NCBI GenBank assembly: GCA_040756235.1
Contig: JBFLZG010000070.1
Coordinates: 1 to 11,506, forward strand
Reading direction: 5' to 3'
DNA length: 11,506 nucleotides
Source: a bacterium
Lineage (GTDB): Bacteria; Desulfobacterota; DSWW01
The notes below the pieces were generated by a model that did no database searches, had not been told where the DNA came from, and worked only from the letters and a program-made list of their open reading frames with translations. Within the stretch, counting starts at the first letter, position 1. Every line of letters begins with the position of its first letter. Shown here one piece after another: positions 7,227 through 11,506 of this stretch. The translations under genes were made by a program, and so were the position numbers.

Positions 7227-7799
7227 ATGCAAGGCGAGGAGCAACCGGAAGAGCTCATGCTCTTGTACCAGCAGGGAGACGGAAGCGTGCTCCCCCGGCT
7301 CTATCGTCAGGTGGCGCCCGCCATGTTCACCTATCTTTACCGTCTGTGCCGGGATCGGGCGCTGGCCGAAGATCTGCTTCAGGAGGTCTTCCTGCGGGTC
7401 CATAAAGTGCGACACACGTACCGGCCCGGCAGCTCCGTGAAGCCCTGGCTTTACGCCATCGCCCGCTACACGGCGATCGATGCGCTGAGGAAACGAGACC
7501 GGAGACGCGAGGTGGCCTATGAAGAGGGATCCCGGGCCGGCGACCGCGTCCCTGCTGAAGAGGCCGGGTGCAGCGAGCAGATGGAGGAAGTAGAGCAGGC
7601 AATGGACCTGCTTCCCGGCGGGCAGCGAGAAGCTCTGCTGCTCACCAAAGTGTCGGGCTTGAGCGTCAAGGAGGCCGCCGCGGCCATGGGGTGCTCGGAA
7701 GGAGCCGTCAAGGTCAAGGTGCACAGAGCCCTTCAGGCGCTCCGGACCGCCTTGGGACGACACACCTCCAAACATCGAGCCGGAGTATCCGGAGTATGA
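7227..7799 (+). CDS. sigF: ECF RNA polymerase sigma-70 factor (SigF/ECF16-like), 190 aa
   Basis: Region 2 has AEDLLQEVFLRV and PWLYAIARYTAIDALRK; region 4 has LPGGQREALLL...GLSVKEAAAAMGCSEGAVKVKVHRALQALR. GGGAG RBS precedes ATG 7227. Symbol follows Caulobacter naming, based on the promoter and the partner gene. Confidence 0.92.
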   Translation: MQGEEQPEELMLLYQQGDGSVLPRLYRQVAPAMFTYLYRLCRDRALAEDLLQEVFLRVHKVRHTYRPGSSVKPWLYAIARYTAIDALRKRDRRREVAYEEGSRAGDRVPAEEAGCSEQMEEVEQAMDLLPGGQREALLLTKVSGLSVKEAAAAMGCSEGAVKVKVHRALQALRTALGRHTSKHRAGVSGV

Positions 7800-8512
7800 A
7801 GAAAGATGAGACGATCGTGGGAGAAAAGGACCTGAGGCTACCTGAGCTGGAGCCGCCGCCCTTTGAACAGACGCGATTGAAGGATTTGCCGGCAAAGACC
7901 CGGCCCGCGAGCGCCCTGTATGCCCCGCGCGTAAGGGGCCTGATCCTGCTGTTCGCCGCCGTGGGCGCCGCGGCAGCGGGCCTGCTCGTGACCCACGTCC
8001 GCAGGGACCTCGGGACGGCCCCGTGGCTGGTCACCTATGGCGCCGCCCTGCTGGAGCTGGCGGCCGGGGCCCTTCTGTTCTGGCTCGCCATGCGCTGGGC
8101 CGTACCGGGTGCAGGGGGCTCCTCCTCGAGATCCAGGGCCTATCTCGGTGCCGTGCTGGTCCTGGCTCTCGTTGCGGCTTTTGCCGTGCCCCATCTCGTG
8201 ACGGAGGACCATCCTGGCCTTGGGGTAGGCATTGGCGGCGAAAAGGGCCTCCGCTGCATGGGTTGGCAATTGATGACGGCTTTTCCCGTGCTGCTCCTCG
8301 GTCTTTGGATGATCTTCCGCGGGGCTTCCGTGGATTCCACCCTGGCCGGGACCCTGGCCGGCCTGGGCGCCGGGCTTCTCTCCGACGCGGCCATCCACCT
8401 CCACTGCGGGGCCGTGGACCCTGCGCACACCGTCACCTGGCATCTGGGTGCAGTGGTTCTTCTCACATTGCTCGGCGGGTTGCTCGGCAGGCTCCTGCGC
8501 ACCCGGGCATAA
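7796..8512 (+). CDS. nrsF: NrsF/DUF1109-family membrane anti-sigma factor, 238 aa
   Basis: ATGA overlap with the sigma stop, about six TM segments, and conserved-type Cys/His motifs GLRC and HLHCGAVDPAHTVTWH. Confidence 0.8.
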   Translation: MKKDETIVGEKDLRLPELEPPPFEQTRLKDLPAKTRPASALYAPRVRGLILLFAAVGAAAAGLLVTHVRRDLGTAPWLVTYGAALLELAAGALLFWLAMRWAVPGAGGSSSRSRAYLGAVLVLALVAAFAVPHLVTEDHPGLGVGIGGEKGLRCMGWQLMTAFPVLLLGLWMIFRGASVDSTLAGTLAGLGAGLLSDAAIHLHCGAVDPAHTVTWHLGAVVLLTLLGGLLGRLLRTRA

Positions 8513-8613
8513 GAACTCCGCAAGAGTCGGAGATTGCGAGCGCCAGCCAAGCAACCCCCTGGGCAGAGGCAGATCCGGGTACAGGGTCGACGAGGGAACA
8601 TGAGCGACCTCGC

Positions 8614-8643
8614 GGGCGCCAGCATGCGTCGCCCCTACAAGAG
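8614..8643 (-). repeat. GTAG-type REP copy, inverted relative to 4081
   Basis: Minus strand CTCTTGTAGGGGCGACGCATGCTGGCGCCC. The first 22 nt are identical to 4076-4097. Confidence 0.75.
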
Positions 8644-8708
8644 AGGGTCCGCTGGCTCTCGTTGTCCCTGCTCGCTCGTGGCATTCGCCATGTGCAGGCC
8701 CCGGTTCT

Positions 8709-8740
8709 CAATACATTGATTTCTTTATTATTATTATAAA
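8709..8740 (-). promoter_or_regulatory. Putative IHF binding site in an AT-rich tract
   Basis: Minus strand reads TTTATAATAATAATAAAGA-AATCAATGTATTG, an exact WATCAA-N4-TTR match (8709-8721) with an A/T tract on its 5' side. Confidence 0.5.
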
Positions 8741-8986
8741 TGACAAAAAACCCCATGTTCTGCCAGGCTTTAGCCGTTCTGCTCGCAAATCTTTTCCATC
8801 GTCCGACCGCAATTTGCCGCCCCTGCTCGGTACGGAAATGTGCGCCCGCGAGTGCAAAGGCGAAACCTCCCGCCCTGTTCGCGTGAGCCCGCAGCCTTGA
8901 CAACAGCAACGCCGGGCGCCAATTCCTCCTGTCCCGCACCGTGACATAAACGTTCTTCGGCTACCTCTCGTTCGTCTTCTCCTGAT

Positions 8987-9002
8987 TGGAATGCTTCTTG
9001 CT
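8987..9002 (+). promoter_or_regulatory. Putative sigma54 (-24/-12) promoter of the TSP3/VWA operon
   Basis: TGGAATGCTTCTTGCT has GG-N10-GC spacing and ends about 53 bp upstream of ATG 9056. A strong RBS AGGAGGGGAGG follows. Confidence 0.55.
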
Positions 9003-9055
9003 CCGCCTGGCGTTGCTTTCGAATTCTGTGAACCTCAGGAGGGGAGGTCTCAGCC

Positions 9056-9997
9056 ATGAAAAGGAATCGAGTCTTTCTGTTCCTGGCGCGGGTCGCAGCG
9101 GTTCCGTTGCTCTCCCTGCTGTTGGTCTTGTGCCCGGCCGCCATCGCCCACGGCGTGCTCTACGACGACTGCGACGGCGACGGCCTGCCGGACGAGTGCC
9201 CCTGCGGAGGCTGCGGCGCTCCGCCGGTGCCGGGCGGCGGCTGCGGCTGCGGAGGGGTCGGCCCCGTGCTCCTCTATCAGGACCAGGACGACACCATCTA
9301 CATCGACGACGACTATGACCAGGACGGCCGCGGCGACGTGACCGACAACTGCCCCTACACCTGGAACCAGGACCAGGCCGACTCGGACGGAGACGGTGCC
9401 GGAGACGCCTGCGACACCTGTCCGGCCCTGGCCAACGCGGACCAGGCGGACACCGATCACGACGGGTCCGGCGACGCCTGCGATGAGGATGACGACAACG
9501 ACGGCGTGGCGGATGCCCCGGACGTGTGCGATCGCGTGCCGGATCCCCCGCAGTACGATACCGACGCCGACGGCCTGGGCGATGCCTGCGATCCGGACGA
9601 CGACAACGACGGCGTGCCCGACCTGGCGGACAACTGCCCGCTCGTGGCCAATCCCGGCCAATCCGACGGGGACATGGACCTGTACGGGGACGCCTGCGAC
9701 AACGACAGCGACCAGGACCACGTGCCGGACAGCGCGGACAACTGCCCGTACGTGCCGAACCCGAACCAGTCGGACTTGGACGGTGACACCCTGGGAGACG
9801 CGTGCGACTTCGACGCAGACGCGGCGGCGGCGCCCGCGGAGCCGGGCTCGCAGTCCGACGACGGCGGCGGCGGGCTGTGCGCCGCCGTGCCGGGAAACGC
9901 CGAAGGCGCCCGGGCCGGCTCCCTCCTGCCTTTTGCGATCGCGCTCTTCTGGACGGCGCTGTGCAAGAAGAAGAGCCGCGGGAATCGGGATGCCTGA
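9056..9997 (+). CDS. mtsC: Thrombospondin type-3 (Ca-binding) repeat surface protein with a CTERM-type sorting tail, MtsC-like
   Basis: Signal peptide ending AIA, a Cys/Gly block ECPCGGCG...GGGCGCGG, and about nine DxDxDG(xxDxCD/DNCP) repeats. The C-terminus has GGGGLC, a hydrophobic stretch and KKK, like MYXO-CTERM. The MtsC name is from recalled similarity. Confidence 0.85.
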   Translation: MKRNRVFLFLARVAAVPLLSLLLVLCPAAIAHGVLYDDCDGDGLPDECPCGGCGAPPVPGGGCGCGGVGPVLLYQDQDDTIYIDDDYDQDGRGDVTDNCPYTWNQDQADSDGDGAGDACDTCPALANADQADTDHDGSGDACDEDDDNDGVADAPDVCDRVPDPPQYDTDADGLGDACDPDDDNDGVPDLADNCPLVANPGQSDGDMDLYGDACDNDSDQDHVPDSADNCPYVPNPNQSDLDGDTLGDACDFDADAAAAPAEPGSQSDDGGGGLCAAVPGNAEGARAGSLLPFAIALFWTALCKKKSRGNRDA

Positions 9998-11506
9998 AAG
10001 AAAAGGGAGAAGCATAGACTTGGGCTCGACACGAAGGATCCTCGCAGTCGCTCAGCTGGTGGCCCTCCTTGCGGTTTCCTGCTCCAACGCCGAGCTCGGC
10101 CACTACGAGCCCAACGTCACCACCGCGATCCAGGGGGTGTTCTGCACGGAGAACCCCCAGGAGCTCGTCTTCCCGGTCAAGATCCTCTTCATCATCGACA
10201 CATCCGGCAGCATGGCGTTCACCGATCCGGAGGCGCAGCGTGCCATTGCCGTGGGCGACGTGATCAACCGCTACAACACCAACCCGGGCGTGTCCTTCGG
10301 GGTCATCCGGTTCAGCGGATCGAGCATTCTCCTCACCGACGGGTTCACCAAGGACCCGGCGGAGCTCGACGACGCTCTCATCCAGCTCCGGGAAGCTGAT
10401 GGCGTCACGAACTACCGGGGCGCCATCGGGCAGGCCACGAATCTCCTGAGCGGTGACATCCTGGGCTCGGAGCTGGGCGAGCGGGTCCGCTCGCGCTACG
10501 TCGTGATCTTCTTCAGTGACGGGCTGCCCTACCCGCCCGACACGAACCGCTACGAGGACATCTACGAGGACATCCAGAGGCTCATGACGCTCCAGGACCT
10601 GGACGTCGGCGAGATCCGGTTCCACACCGCTTTCCTGAACAGCCCGGACACGCCCTTCGACGTGGCCGACGAGGCGCGGCAGCTCCTGCAGAACATGGCC
10701 ACCCTCGGCCAGGGGACCTTCACGAACTTCGCCAACGGCGAGGAGATCAACTTCCTCAACATCGATTACACGTCCATCCAGCGGGTCTACACGCTGCTCA
10801 ACGTCGTCGTGACCAACCGGAACATCCGCGCCGGCGTGGACAGCCTGTCCGTGGACAGCGATCGCGACGGCATTCCGGACGAGGAGGAAACCCGCAACGG
10901 CACCTCTCCGATCCTCAGGGACTCGGACGCGGACGGGTGCAGCGATCTCGTGGAGGGGCGCCTCCGCTTCGACCCCCTGACGGCGGACTGCGGCTGCATC
11001 CCCCCGATCACGGACGAAGACCGGGACGGCCTGGACAGCTGCGAGGAGCTGTGGCTGGGCACGGCCCGGGACATCTACGACTCGGACAAGGACGGGATCC
11101 CGGACGGCCTGGAGTTCGTGAACGGGCTGAACCCGCTGGGGGACGACCGGCTCGACGATCTCGACTTCGACGGCGTCCGCAACGGCGACGAGGTGCAGCG
11201 GCACACGAATCCGGAGGCCGACGACCCGACGGTCCGGAGCCGCTGGGCTTATTCTTACAGCATCGTCGAGCGCGGGCTGGATGACGCGAGCCGGCGCTGT
11301 TACGACTTCACCATCTCCAACGTGCAGTTCCGGCCGGCCACCGCCGTACCCGACCAGATCCAGGGCACGAACCTGCTGCAAATCTACTTTGCCGAAGTGC
11401 CCTGGGACGACCCGGAGGACTACCCGGTCTACCGGGTCGCGGAAGTGCCGATCCCGGTGGACAACATCCCCGAGGTCATCCGCATCTCGCCGGATGATTT
11501 CGAGCT
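9990..11506 (+). CDS. mtsD: VWA-domain plus Ca-binding (TSP3-like) repeat lipoprotein, MtsD/MtsB-like; truncated by the window end
   Basis: Absent from the ORF track because there is no stop in the window. ATG 9990 overlaps the previous stop. It reads MPERKG...LVALLAVSC (lipobox), [15 protein letters not shown] (MIDAS DxSxS), [15 protein letters not shown], then [30 protein letters not shown] repeats. The symbol relies partly on gene order. Confidence 0.88.
   Translation, partial: MPERKGRSIDLGSTRRILAVAQLVALLAVSCSNAELGHYEPNVTTAIQGVFCTENPQELVFPVKILFIIDTSGSMAFTDPEAQRAIAVGDVINRYNTNPGVSFGVIRFSGSSILLTDGFTKDPAELDDALIQLREADGVTNYRGAIGQATNLLSGDILGSELGERVRSRYVVIFFSDGLPYPPDTNRYEDIYEDIQRLMTLQDLDVGEIRFHTAFLNSPDTPFDVADEARQLLQNMATLGQGTFTNFANGEEINFLNIDYTSIQRVYTLLNVVVTNRNIRAGVDSLSVDSDRDGIPDEEETRNGTSPILRDSDADGCSDLVEGRLRFDPLTADCGCIPPITDEDRDGLDSCEELWLGTARDIYDSDKDGIPDGLEFVNGLNPLGDDRLDDLDFDGVRNGDEVQRHTNPEADDPTVRSRWAYSYSIVERGLDDASRRCYDFTISNVQFRPATAVPDQIQGTNLLQIYFAEVPWDDPEDYPVYRVAEVPIPVDNIPEVIRISPDDFE

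Noticed and set aside
9300..9810. Repetitive GAC-rich DNA as a possible nucleotide repeat array
   Set aside because: Fully explained by Asp-rich TSP3 protein repeats.
8961..11381. 806-aa minus-strand ORF
   Set aside because: Antisense shadow of the GC-rich TSP3 and VWA genes. It is Arg/Pro-rich with no motifs.

Overview
GC-rich bacterial window, with gene content suggesting a Deltaproteobacteria/Myxococcota-like organism (inference). From left to right: an 86-aa orphan gene (-) with a sigma54-type promoter; a class I SAM methyltransferase and a CDC48/VAT-family double-AAA+ ATPase (+); then a ~1 kb decayed zone. That zone holds GTAG- and CGTC-type REP-like palindromes, a 209-bp MITE with terminal inverted repeats and a 4-bp target duplication inserted into one REP, a 50-bp copy of internal dsbD sequence, a Uma2 3' remnant and a probable internally deleted SNF2-like gene. 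Next is a divergent module: an ECF sigma factor plus NrsF-type anti-sigma (+) facing a secreted 116-aa tandem C2H2 zinc-finger-like protein and an alpha-domain-less DsbD (-). Both arms of this module carry the same GTAACC-N16-CGAA promoter. The window ends with a sigma54-type operon of Mts-like surface proteins: a TSP3-repeat protein and a VWA/TSP3 lipoprotein that runs off the end. The best candidate for an undescribed system is the ECF/NrsF-controlled exported C2H2 protein plus DsbD. All family assignments come from motifs recognised by eye; no searches were run.
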